Shown piece by piece: positions 19,233-30,200 of a DNA stretch of 64,000 nt. Position 1 is the stretch's first letter, and the number at the start of each line of letters is the position of its first letter. Both the position numbers and the translations under genes were made by a program. Below the pieces are notes generated by a model. That model was not told the origin of the DNA and searched no databases. It was given only the letters and a program-made list of their open reading frames with translations. The DNA comes from Candidatus Bathyarchaeota archaeon (GTDB lineage: Archaea > Thermoproteota > Bathyarchaeia > Bathyarchaeales > Bathycorpusculaceae): NCBI GenBank assembly GCA_963811105.1, contig CAWEPZ010000011.1, positions 320,001 through 384,000 of the forward strand. The letters are read 5' to 3'.

Positions 19233-21863
19233 TTAGCGTCGTTTTTTGAAGGTTAGCATCATTAAAGCGCCGACAATAGCTATAGCTATTATTACCGCCA
19301 AAGCAGACGCTATGATAACCATTGTGTTATCCGGCGCTGATTGCACTGGAGCTGCTGTTGTTGTTGCGGTTGGTGCTTGGGCCACTGTTAATGCGGTTGC
19401 TGCTCCTGAACTGCCGTAAGAGTCATCTCCAGTAAATGAAGCAATGATTTTGTAGTCGCCTGTTGTTTGCGGAGTCCATGTCTGGCTGAATGTTCCGTAG
19501 TATGCGTTGGTCGTGACAGTGCCTATTTCAGTTACCGTGCCGTCTGAGGCTATCGCCGTCAATGTCACTGGAACTCCAGTCATTGTTACGTTGTGATAAG
19601 ACCCATCAATCGGAAATTGCATGTATCGATATTCCATCTCTGTTTCCATCGAATCTGCAGAAACACAAGGCACCATACCTGGCTTAGTTACAGAATCAGG
19701 CGGGGCAGTTGGATTTGTAAAAGTTCCTTGGTCTCCTTGAGACATATCCATAACGTTACCGCGTATCTCTATTGCTGTTCCTGTGGACACCGCTGTATCT
19801 GGTGCCGTTACTGTAGTGGCACTTTGTCCTTTTCCGATCACGTACATATATCCTGTATACACGCTGTCTGCTGTGAGGTATCCATCTTCGATTCCGCCGA
19901 CATTTGCGCGACTTGATATGTTCCAAATTTCTTCGCCTGTTGTTGCGTTGACGCAGTAAAGCTTCCACCCTCTAGCGAGGGGCGACGTTGGCGAATGCTC
20001 GCCGTTAGCCACATAGAGTTTTCCATCAGCAATTTGAGGATTAGTTCCGAAGAAAGCCATGTCAGGATACCACGGAGATTCGAACGGAAGACATGGTGCA
20101 TCGAAATGCCATGTTATTTTTCCTGTATTCCAGTCAAGGGTGTAAATGCCAGCATACGTAAAGTCGAATAATAAACCGTAAGCTGACGCTTCATTGTAAG
20201 TTCCAAAGGTTCCCCAAGGCATTTTCTCCTGCTCGCTTTTCCATAGTTGGTTCCCTGATTGAAGATCCCAACAGTACCAGTACCCGTTATCAAAGCGAAC
20301 TGCATATTTTCCGCGATCAGCGCATGCTGTGCTTCCGCTGAAAAGCGGATAACCGACGTTAGATGAAACGTTCCACATTAGTTTTCCTGTTGTCAAGCTG
20401 GCTCCTTGGATGTATACCATTGTAGCAACTGCAGTTGCAGAGGGAGAATACGATAGTGTAGTAACTGCTACACCTGATTGAAAGTCACAAGTACCCAAGC
20501 TACTGAAGGGCCAGGTTATGTTGCTCATTATACGCACGTTGAAGTCAGTGTCACTTCCAGCCATAGTCCAGTTAATCAAACGATAAGTGGTGCTCGCACC
20601 ACTGCCAAGTGTCTGTACGGACAAAACATAGGGATCTCTGTAGATTGTGCCACTTGTTATTGGAGAAGTTGAGACGTTTAGGGTGGCGGCTCCAGTTTCT
20701 GGACTATACCTTATTAGTCTACCGCCGCTTATTGCCACCAGATTTGCACTTGTGCCTGTTTGTGTTGCAGTCGCTCCGGGTACAGCTACGACTCCTGTGA
20801 TGTATGTAATGGCTGTGGGTGCTGTAACGCCAGTTAGGTCCCAGTATATTTGTCCTGTTCGAAGGTCGTAACACTCCCATACGCTCGTTGGCCAGCTTTG
20901 GTAAGTACCATTGATTAATTGCATCATCGGTTTTGTGACAGTCTGGTAACATCGTCCTTCAAAGATTATGTTTGGCGTGCCTGCGTACGTGCCCTCTCCT
21001 GATCCCAGTGTTTTCTGTCCAGCATCTCCTCCCATGATGCCTGCTTGAGCGCCTTGTCGTGCCCATACTATGTGGCACGTGTTTGGCGCTTGAACATACG
21101 GGGTAAATTTATAGTTGCTTGCGTAGGGATTAGTGTTCGCTGGGGGGTTGCTCATATAACCTATGTACGGATAGTCTCCCAATATTTCACGCCACTCTCT
21201 GTTCATTGGTGAGACTGGGCGTGTCCAATAGTCGGTCGGAAGCGCTGAGACGGGCCAAGACATCACTGGTGTTGACTGCACCGTAAGGTTTACTGAGGTT
21301 GATGAAGGTTTGTAGTAGGCTGATCCGAGGAGTGCTGGACCTCCAAAAGCGCTTACTGTATATGGACCTATCGCGGCCAAGCTGGGGTAAACTATTCCGT
21401 TGTAGTAGTATCCGGCTGGGTAATAGTCTCCGTCGAAATTAAATTGGATCTTCCATGTTCCTTCCTGGTCGACTAGATAATTGAACCAGGCTGTTGTGTC
21501 TGCTGTATAGGAATTTATCGGACCGACTGTGTCTGATGTTCCATCCGGCTTTGTGAATATTACTGTGTACGTTGTGTGTGCTCGGTTCATTTGTAATGCA
21601 GGTTGGACCCATAAGTTAACCAGTACCTGCTGACCGACTCCGATGGGGTTAGGACTAACGCTAATATAGGGAATTGTTTCGACTGTCGCATCGGGAGTAA
21701 CACCAGATGGCAATGGTCCGCCAGTGTAAGTTGCTTTCGGGTTTCCATTTTGATATTGAGCTTTAACAGGCTGTATTGGAGCAGCTATAATCATTGCGGA
21801 AGCTATCATTAGAACTGTAATGATCAAAGCAAAAGTTTTCGTTTTTATTATTAGGTTATTCAT
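19233..21863 (-). CDS. Large secreted PQQ-like beta-propeller protein with C-terminal TM anchor
   Basis: Repeated DxxTGxxxW units, IADGKLY, GEHS; likely start MNNL at 21863. Confidence 0.85.
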   Translation of the reverse strand: MNNLIIKTKTFALIITVLMIASAMIIAAPIQPVKAQYQNGNPKATYTGGPLPSGVTPDATVETIPYISVSPNPIGVGQQVLVNLWVQPALQMNRAHTTYTVIFTKPDGTSDTVGPINSYTADTTAWFNYLVDQEGTWKIQFNFDGDYYPAGYYYNGIVYPSLAAIGPYTVSAFGGPALLGSAYYKPSSTSVNLTVQSTPVMSWPVSALPTDYWTRPVSPMNREWREILGDYPYIGYMSNPPANTNPYASNYKFTPYVQAPNTCHIVWARQGAQAGIMGGDAGQKTLGSGEGTYAGTPNIIFEGRCYQTVTKPMMQLINGTYQSWPTSVWECYDLRTGQIYWDLTGVTAPTAITYITGVVAVPGATATQTGTSANLVAISGGRLIRYSPETGAATLNVSTSPITSGTIYRDPYVLSVQTLGSGASTTYRLINWTMAGSDTDFNVRIMSNITWPFSSLGTCDFQSGVAVTTLSYSPSATAVATMVYIQGASLTTGKLMWNVSSNVGYPLFSGSTACADRGKYAVRFDNGYWYCWDLQSGNQLWKSEQEKMPWGTFGTYNEASAYGLLFDFTYAGIYTLDWNTGKITWHFDAPCLPFESPWYPDMAFFGTNPQIADGKLYVANGEHSPTSPLARGWKLYCVNATTGEEIWNISSRANVGGIEDGYLTADSVYTGYMYVIGKGQSATTVTAPDTAVSTGTAIEIRGNVMDMSQGDQGTFTNPTAPPDSVTKPGMVPCVSADSMETEMEYRYMQFPIDGSYHNVTMTGVPVTLTAIASDGTVTEIGTVTTNAYYGTFSQTWTPQTTGDYKIIASFTGDDSYGSSGAATALTVAQAPTATTTAAPVQSAPDNTMVIIASALAVIIAIAIVGALMMLTFKKRR

Positions 21864-22127
21864 CTTTTCTTTTCCTTTTCCTATAGTTTTATTGGACAAG
21901 AAGAGTAAATAATACGTACACCGCTTGCCCAACTACATCCTCTATTATTGATTTTTTTTATAAGACTTTGCTAACGTTTTTTTTTGTTAAGGGTCTACTG
22001 AACCATTTGTAAGAGATGCCAATAGATATTTTTTGGCGATTATAACACTTGAAACGTCTAATTCTAAAGTTACCGAGAAGAATCAAATTCCAAAAAATTA
22101 ATAAATTATCCATAACAATTAACTAAC

Positions 22128-22394
22128 ATGAAGCAAGACGAGCCAATTTCAACTCGCTTTGTAAACGTCAAAATTCCTGAATTTCTAATTGAAATAATAG
22201 ATAGAAACCTAGAACACGGAAAAAAACTTGACTTAGACGGTTTTGCTGGAAGAGCTAATTTTGTGCAAAACTCAGTAATCGAAAAACTTAACGAATTGAA
22301 TCTTCTCTCTCCCCAAGATATGAAGGAGCTTAAAAAAAGATATAGAACTTATAATAGAGCGCCAATCAAACGAAGCGATGCTGTGCTAGTTTAA
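22128..22394 (+). CDS. Ribbon-helix-helix (CopG-like) protein
   Basis: FVNVKIPEFLIEIID...GFAGRANFVQNSVIEKL. Confidence 0.65.
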   Translation: MKQDEPISTRFVNVKIPEFLIEIIDRNLEHGKKLDLDGFAGRANFVQNSVIEKLNELNLLSPQDMKELKKRYRTYNRAPIKRSDAVLV

Positions 22395-22503
22395 AAGAAA
22401 CAAACCATTTCTTATCAAAGAAAGAAAACAAAATTTATGCTTGCAGTGATAATAGAAATTGTTAGAAAAGAACTAAATATCTTAAAAGCTATCCCTATGC
22501 CAT

Positions 22504-23184
22504 ATGGTCAAGAAATTTCCTATATCAGTTGTAATGCTAATTGTCATAATTACTATTGGAATTGCAGGAGTTCTCTCGATGAACCCTGCACAAACAACCA
22601 GTCGGCCTGTTGTATCAGGCCTTGTTCAAGGGGACACTTTTACCTACAGCATAAAAAGCTACTCAAACGTTTATGACCTCAATGCAACCATTCCCACAAC
22701 CTTTTCGCAGTTCAACCAGACCGATTGGTAAAAAGTTACCATCACAAATGTAACTGGACCAGATGTCTCATTCGATACAACCTGGCGTTTCACAAACAGA
22801 ACAGAACTTACAAGCTCAAGCACGAGCAATATACTAACAGAAATTAATGACCAGCAATTCTGGGCAATTTACCCTGCTAACCTTACCCTGAACAGCCTGG
22901 TTCGCCCTTCAGGATCGCCAAGTGGAGCAATTGTCAATCAGACAGAAACCAGAACCTACCAGTCTGGTGAAAGACAAACCAATGTTATGACTGAAGAGAC
23001 ACAAGTCACAAACCCGAATGACCCAACGTATACTACAACATGCGACGACTACACATATGTCCACTTTGATGCCTTGACAGGTATGCTTGTTGAACTTAAG
23101 GACATCCAAATCTACAATAATCCTCAAATTGTCTTAACGCTTGATTGGCAACTGCAATCGACAAATGTTTGGACAATTTCTTAA
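22504..23184 (+). pseudogene. Secreted protein interrupted by an in-frame TAA
   Basis: ORFs 22504..22731 and 22987..23184 share a frame and the gap is open; a single TAA at 22729-22731 (W*KV). Confidence 0.75.
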
Positions 23185-23451
23185 GAAGTTTCCAACAATC
23201 AATGTATTATTAAACAAAGAGCAGCTTCATTGTAAGCAGTTCCTCTTTAAACCTTTTCACATTATCGATTCATTATTTCAAACGCAAACCAAAACAGCCA
23301 GTGACAGGTAACTGTGAACCACCGTGACAGGTATTAAGGTACATACAAGATGAAACAAATAGGCCTAAAGCAGTTGCCATTCAACAAACAACGCACAAAT
23401 CGAACAGTTATCGAGACAAAAAAAATGAAAGAAATTTAGGTTTATCCATAT

Positions 23452-25944
23452 TTATCGTTTTTTGGTTATAAGAAGTGCTAGTACTACACCGACAGCTATG
23501 ACTGTAATAATTATACCGATAATGCCGAGCATTAAGTTGGGATCAGTTGTAGACAATGCCAAAGGCGACGGTGTTAAAGTCTGTTGTGCCTCTGCTACTG
23601 TGAAGCCATCTTCAGCCGTTGATCCGTAATAGCTCTTGCTACCTGCAAACGATGCAAAAGTCGTATAATTGCCTGCGATTGTTGGTGTCCATGAGAGTCT
23701 GTATGTTCCCGTCGCGTCTGTAGTAGTAGTGCCTATATGGATATAGTTGTTGTTTGGATCTACAGTGTCAATGCTTACCTGAACTCCAATTGTATTTGTA
23801 GGCTCTGCAAATTGTTTGTAAACATATAGCATCCAGTCGCTCTGGCTCTCGTCTGAGACTGCGGGTACTCCGTTGGGGAAGCGTAATTGTGCACTATCGC
23901 TTGTCGTTCCTGGAGAAATATCCATGACACTGCCCTTTATGACGACGGGTTGACCGATCGATGCTGCCAGATTAGGTGCTGAAGTAGTTATCGCAGTTGG
24001 GCCTTTTCCAATAGCATATACAGATTCGTCGTATGTGTCCATTGTTGCGATAATGCTGTCGCCGATTATTCCACGACCGCCCCAGCGTGTCTGTCGGAAC
24101 GCACCGTTAATTCTCCAAATCTCTTCACCTGTTGTCGCGTTTAAGCAGAAGAATGGTGCACCTCTTGGTTTAGGATCTTGCGCGGAGTGTTCCATTGAGC
24201 CGATGTAGAGTTTGCCATCAGTCGCGACGACGGGTACTGTCCACCAGTTGTTCCCTATGTAGGATTCAGTGTAGGGGTCTGTTGCGTTGTATGTCCATAT
24301 CAGTTTGCCAGTGGTGATATTGTAGGCGTATACTGTTCCGCTCACTGATGCTGATATCAATTCACCATAATCGATGATATGAGTGAAGCTCGGTGAGTCG
24401 TCCCAAGCATCTTGGAAAGCCTGCGACTTTTCAGTTGCCCACATGTATTTGCCAGTGTTAAGGTCGAAAGCGTAACTCATTCTGGTCTCCTTGATCCATA
24501 TGACTGCATTTTCATATTGTTGACTCCATGAATCAAATCCGCTCTGCATGCCGCTACCTGCCGACACGTTCCCTGCAACCCAATCGGCCGGCGGTGTCCA
24601 AGATGTGTTGTACAGCAGTCTTCCAACTTTTGAGGGGTCTAAGCTTATAGCCCACAGGTTAACTTGGGTTAGGGTAACGCGTGATCCGATTATTTTGTCG
24701 CCAACGAAAACTTTCGAAATGCTCGAGCTTGGCATCGTTACGCCTGCTACATTCATGTCGGATACTGAAACGTTCTGGTCATAACCTCTTGCAGTTGCAT
24801 TGTAAGTTACACCTAGGACTTGGCTGCCCCAGCTTTCTTGCATGCCAGCTTTGCCGTTGGTTACTACCCAACTAGAGTTCCATTGTAGCAAATGCCAGTT
24901 TGGATTAGCAGAATTGCCATAGTTGACCAAGGAGTATTTCAAAATTTCACCGTTAGGACCATAATAGTTAGTGCCAGAGGGAACATCGGTCATGTTAAAT
25001 TGCAAGTTGCCAGTGTGAGCATCGAAGAACCAGTAGTTAGTTCCGCTAGAGCATACTAGATATGAGAAAGCAGCTCGGTTGTTCCTAGACCACCAAAAGA
25101 GTGTCTGGCCAAAGCCTATTCTTAAGTTGGTTAAGAGCGTCTTATCCCATAATGTTTTGCCGGTATGTAGGTCTACTGCAACGACTTCTTGTTGTGGGTT
25201 TCCGGAGATGAACTTGTTGTAATATAAGACTCCGCTTATAATTATTGATCCTGACCATTTGCCTTCGTACGCATCTCCGTTTTCATAACCGTGATTTGCT
25301 GTATCTCCTCCTGCTATTCCTGCCGTCATGTCGCCGATTGGTTGAGACCAGAGAATATGTGGTGATTCTGGTCCTTGGTTATAAGGAGCGTATAAGTTTG
25401 GTTGTGCTGTCAACCAGCTGCCCATTATCGACCACCAGTCAATAAGCTGCGAGTCAGCGGGCCTTGTCCAGTATTCTGATGGAAGTGGCTGCCATGGGTA
25501 ATATGGCGAGGGTTGTTGTTGTACCACAAGGGCTATTTTATCACTTTGTCCTGCTAGATAGGTAACGTTGCGGTAATCTTGTTGCGGAAAGTTTGTCTGA
25601 AGGTAGTATGTACCTAATTGGTCAGGAACGTAATTTATGCCTGCCGTTCCGGTTGAAAAAGTTTTCGATGGGGTAAGCGTTTCTGTTGTATTGTCAGGCT
25701 TTGTAATAGTTATGGTAACGTTCCAACCGTCGGCTTCCGTTGTAAGATAGTTGATAGCTCCATAGTTGATCAAGACTCTTTGACCAACGCCACATACGTT
25801 TGGAACAACGTCAATAAGTGGGTAGGATTTGATTGATGATTGTGCATTAGCATTGGGTAATATAAATATCGAAATAGCAACAGACAGTATTATGAACAGA
25901 GCAATTGCACTATGCATAATTTTCTTTCTTGTTTTTTTCATCAA
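23452..25944 (-). CDS. Large secreted PQQ-like beta-propeller protein with TM anchor, paralog of 19233..21863
   Basis: Same architecture: LPSEYWTRP, HILW, ATDGKLY, MEHS, NATTGEEIW, FAGSKSY. Confidence 0.85.
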   Translation of the reverse strand: MMKKTRKKIMHSAIALFIILSVAISIFILPNANAQSSIKSYPLIDVVPNVCGVGQRVLINYGAINYLTTEADGWNVTITITKPDNTTETLTPSKTFSTGTAGINYVPDQLGTYYLQTNFPQQDYRNVTYLAGQSDKIALVVQQQPSPYYPWQPLPSEYWTRPADSQLIDWWSIMGSWLTAQPNLYAPYNQGPESPHILWSQPIGDMTAGIAGGDTANHGYENGDAYEGKWSGSIIISGVLYYNKFISGNPQQEVVAVDLHTGKTLWDKTLLTNLRIGFGQTLFWWSRNNRAAFSYLVCSSGTNYWFFDAHTGNLQFNMTDVPSGTNYYGPNGEILKYSLVNYGNSANPNWHLLQWNSSWVVTNGKAGMQESWGSQVLGVTYNATARGYDQNVSVSDMNVAGVTMPSSSISKVFVGDKIIGSRVTLTQVNLWAISLDPSKVGRLLYNTSWTPPADWVAGNVSAGSGMQSGFDSWSQQYENAVIWIKETRMSYAFDLNTGKYMWATEKSQAFQDAWDDSPSFTHIIDYGELISASVSGTVYAYNITTGKLIWTYNATDPYTESYIGNNWWTVPVVATDGKLYIGSMEHSAQDPKPRGAPFFCLNATTGEEIWRINGAFRQTRWGGRGIIGDSIIATMDTYDESVYAIGKGPTAITTSAPNLAASIGQPVVIKGSVMDISPGTTSDSAQLRFPNGVPAVSDESQSDWMLYVYKQFAEPTNTIGVQVSIDTVDPNNNYIHIGTTTTDATGTYRLSWTPTIAGNYTTFASFAGSKSYYGSTAEDGFTVAEAQQTLTPSPLALSTTDPNLMLGIIGIIITVIAVGVVLALLITKKR

Positions 25945-26292
25945 ATATTTACCTTCTGATTCTCATTATTTCGCTTGAAAGTCAATTTATAATTTGCGGT
26001 ATAACATTCAAAGGATTAAAAAAATTAAAAATTAAGCCATACGAATCAAACAAAAAGACGGCCAACTTAAGCGGTCTTAAAATCAGAATCAAAAACCTCT
26101 AACTCAAAGCAGTTAGATGTTTTTCCGTGGAAAGGTGTACCCTAACTATCTGACAAAGAGAATCTTTAATCTTTTTTCTGCAATTATGGCACTTAACCAA
26201 GAAGCTTTAGCTTCAAACTTGAAAAGCTAATATGGAGAAAAGTTATGAATATTTGTCGGCAATAGAAGATAAGCGAATCATGTATTGTTTTT

Positions 26293-26700
26293 TCAGTTGA
26301 CTATCAAGGGCGGGTTTTTTGTTTGATGTGTTGATCTCGCCGAGATTAGAGGTGTTGTTTGCATTTGGATTTTGTTGTCGGTTACCATGTTTTTGCGGAT
26401 GAGGTTAAGTGAGCTTTCGGTAAAGTTTAAGACATTTTTTCCTGCGTTTGTGAGCTTGTACATTTTTCGCGGCCTTTCTGAATCCATGTTCCATGTGCTT
26501 TCTGCGTAACCTTTTTTCTCCAGCAGCCCTAGTAATGGGTATATGGTGCTGGCTCCGAAGTTAACGCCAAAGCCTTTTCGGATTTTTGTCATAAGTTGGT
26601 ATCCATGCATGGATTCTTGGTCAAGGTACTGAAGAATAATCATATCTAAGAGGCCTTTGGTGAGTTTTGTTTGGGCTTCTTTTTGGTAGTTATTGTTCAT
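26293..26700 (-). CDS. PadR-family transcriptional regulator
   Basis: KGLLDMIIL...HGYQL...STIYPLL..LEKKG...RKMYKLT. Confidence 0.9.
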   Translation of the reverse strand: MNNNYQKEAQTKLTKGLLDMIILQYLDQESMHGYQLMTKIRKGFGVNFGASTIYPLLGLLEKKGYAESTWNMDSERPRKMYKLTNAGKNVLNFTESSLNLIRKNMVTDNKIQMQTTPLISARSTHQTKNPPLIVN

Positions 26701-26975
26701 TTTCCAAGTTTTTCTCCTGTTACCGTGTTGTACAAAATGTACAATGTGTCTGTTTAAGACATATTTCTTATATCTTCATAGTGCAAAACCGCCACATAAA
26801 CCCTCGCACATAACACAAGCATATCAAAACATGTTAAAAGAACCATTTATCGAACAGAAATACTGGTATATACATAAAATATGTTCTTAAAAACCATCAT
26901 ATTTCGCTTAAAGAGAACTGTACAACAGACCTACATAAAATTGAGTAGTAAACCGCTTTAGAGCGCAAACAGAGA

Positions 26976-27175
26976 CTAAGCATCGCGCAAAAGCATCCAA
27001 AGCACAATGAAATACACAGATGATTCAATTAAGACAACGATGACTTTGAGGTTACTACTGCAACAACACCTGAAGAAATTAAACAGCTTGACATATCAAG
27101 CTGGGCAAAATATAACGAGATAACACTTGACGGGATTACAATGCAATTCTACAAAAAACCAAAAAAATCCTCAAA
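26976..27175 (+). pseudogene. Eroded C-terminus of a tyrosine integrase
   Basis: Frameshifted KSIQSTMKYT...DNDDFEVTTATTPEEIKQL...FYKKPKK, resembling the GHxxIxxTxxY region and tail of archaeal integrases. Confidence 0.55.
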
Positions 27176-27298
27176 TCTCCAAGCTTTCGGGTTTCCAAAC
27201 AATGTGTATAAAAACAGGACAATGAGTATAAGCTTTTATACGTATTTGGATGAGATGTTAAAATAATATACACTGCTTGCCGTGAGGATAAAGGCTAA

Positions 27299-30200
27299 AT
27301 GCCCTACATAAAAAAAATCGAGTTAAAAGGGTTCAAGTCTTTTGGGCCACAAACTGTCAAAGTCTCCTTAGACAAAGGCTTCACAGCAGTTACGGGTCCC
27401 AACGGCAGTGGAAAATCGAACATCATGGACGCCGTGCTTTTCTCTCTTGGTGAATTGAGCACGAGAAGAATGAGAGCTGAGAATGCAGCTCAATTGATTT
27501 TTCATGGCTCAGATAAAGCAGGACAAGAAAAAGCCAAGATGGCAAAAGTTGTTATCCAATTCGATAACTCGGATGGCACAATGCCAGTTGACACTTCCAC
27601 AGTTACCATTTCACGCGAAGTTTACCGAAATGGCCAAAGTGTTTACCGGTTAAACGGCAGGAGAATGTCAAGAGCATACATCACAGAAACTCTGTCCATG
27701 AGCTCAATTAGCAGCATAAGCCAAAACATCATCCCACAAGGTACCCTAACAAGACTAACAGATATTACTCCTATGGAACGCCGAAGAATCATCGAAGACC
27801 TTGTCGGCATAGGTCAATATGATTCCGAAAAAACTGAAGCTGAAGAAAAACTTCGAGCCGCCGACATATCGATCCGCACAGCCATGGGCAGAATAGACGA
27901 GGTTCAGAAACGCCTCGATGACTTGGAACGTGAACGCAACCAACTTTCTCGTTACAACTTCATTCAGAGCGAAACAAAAAAGTTCCAAGCAATAAAAGTT
28001 TCAAGTGACATCACTCATCAAAATGCAAAATTGAATGAATCAGCTAACCAAATCGAAAAAGTCAAAGCAAAAGTTGACAAACTAAAGGAACAACGTGAAC
28101 AGCGCAGGTCCAAACGACACGGCATCGAAGGCGAATGGCGTAAACTTAGCGGCGAAAACCTTGAGGAAGGCGGATCACAAGTTCTCAAAGTTCAAATAAC
28201 GATTGGAGAATTAAAATCTAAACTTACCGAGTTGACAACAAAAATTAATTCTGGCCAAGGCAGCCTTGAAAGCTTAAAACGCATAAGAGAAAACAACATC
28301 GATCAACAAGAAAACATAAGAAAAGAAATCCGTGAAAACCGCTTAAAAATCCGAGCCTTCCGAAATGAATTCGCAAAAATCAAGGATCAAATGGACCAAA
28401 AACAATCAGAACACGAAGTACTGGCGAAACAAACTGCAGAACTTTGGGGAGGACTCGATGACAATAACGAGCAAATACATATCAAGCAAGCCGAAATTGA
28501 AAACCACGTTAAACGCTTAGCGTATTTACGGTCTGAATACACCCAGGACAAAGCAGCACTTCGTTTGTGTACTGGAAGAATAAAAAATTTAACAGTGCGA
28601 AAAGCAAAATTCCAAACAAGTCTGGCTGAAATTGAAAAATCACTCACTGAATTGGAACAAGTTCAAAAAGATCAAAAAAACCAATTTAAGAATCTTGAAC
28701 AAAGCATCGAGCGCAAAAAACTGCAGAAAGAAACTGTTGAAAAAGAAATCAACGATGCAGAGAAAATAGCTAGCTCCGCTAAAGATGCTGTAATTGAATT
28801 TGCTACTCAAAGAGATCTTGCAGCAACCATAGCAGCTGAAGAAAAAGCCCTAAGAAGCATAGAGGAAATGGGTAATGTCGGCGCAATAAATGGAATCCAT
28901 GGCAGACTTCGTGATCTCATAAAAATTGATAAGAACTTCAAGAAAGCCATTGAAGCAGCGGCTACAGGTTGGCTTGACGCCTTAGTTGTTGCAAACATCG
29001 AAACAGCATTCACCTGCACCGAAACATTAAAGCGAATGAAGCTTGGCAGAATCAAAATTATACCTCTTCAAGGAGCCATCAAGGTTAAAAACAAGGTAAC
29101 ACCAAATCGAGAAGGAATAGTTGGTGCTCTCTCAAGCTTCATGAAATATGAAAGCAGCTTTGATATAGCAATAAACTATGTCTTTGGAGACACAATAGTT
29201 GTCTCAAACGATAAAGTGGGCTTTGCCCTGTCAAACGAAGGATACCGAGCCGTCACATCTTATGGAGACCTCTTTGAGCCTGGCGCATTTGAAAGCGGCT
29301 ATTATCGTGCACCAATTGATTTTTCAACAATTATCCCAAGCGAAAATGCATTGAAAAGTTTAGATGAAGCAGTAAAAGCTTTGCAAACGCACCTTACTTC
29401 AAGAGGAGCAGACATTACAGGTATTGAAGAAGAAATTGATCGAGCCAAAACCGAAATCACACGCCTAACTGAATCCATTGCCACTTTAGATAGGGAAATA
29501 GTCAGAATCAAACGGAGCGTTAAAAGAACACAATTCAATATCCGACACACTGAAAAATATGGGGGAAAACTTGAGCGTGAAGCAGCATCCTACAAAGGGC
29601 GCATGAGCGTTTACATGAATGAACGAAACTCAATCAGAAAAATGGATCAGAGATTACATACAGAAATAGCCAACCTAAGATTAAAAACTGACGTGGCACA
29701 TATCCAAGAGCTTGAGGTTCAACGAGAAAAGCTTGGGGAAGAATTGAACGCTTTTCGCCAAAAGTCAGGTTCAACTCAGACAGAAATCTCAACTTATCAG
29801 TCCCAATTTGATCGAGTTCTCAGAAACGGATACAAAAACATCAAGATACAGATTGTGAAGGTTGAGCAACAGCAAAGAAAACTTGAGAAAGAAGTTGCTG
29901 AAGCATTTGGAGAACGCGAGTTAGTTAAAAAGGAAATAGATGAGCAAGAAAAGAGCCGAGTTGAATTATCTAAAGCTGTGTTTTCTGCACGAGAAGAGTC
30001 TAAAAAGTTCACTTCACAAATAGATGCAATTGACGCAGAGTTACGGTTGCTTGACTTCGAGTATGAGCAGGCAGATAAACTGTTAAACCAGCTGCAACTC
30101 AACATGGAAACAAGTCAACTTCATCTGCAGCAACTGCAATATCAGCTTCATCAGTTTGGCTATGATCAGCCTTTAGAAACAAACCAGAAACAGGTTGAAG

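Noticed and set aside
26120-26135. TTCCGTGGAAA resembling an ORB origin box
   Set aside because: Single imperfect copy, with no cdc6/orc1 gene or ORB cluster nearby.
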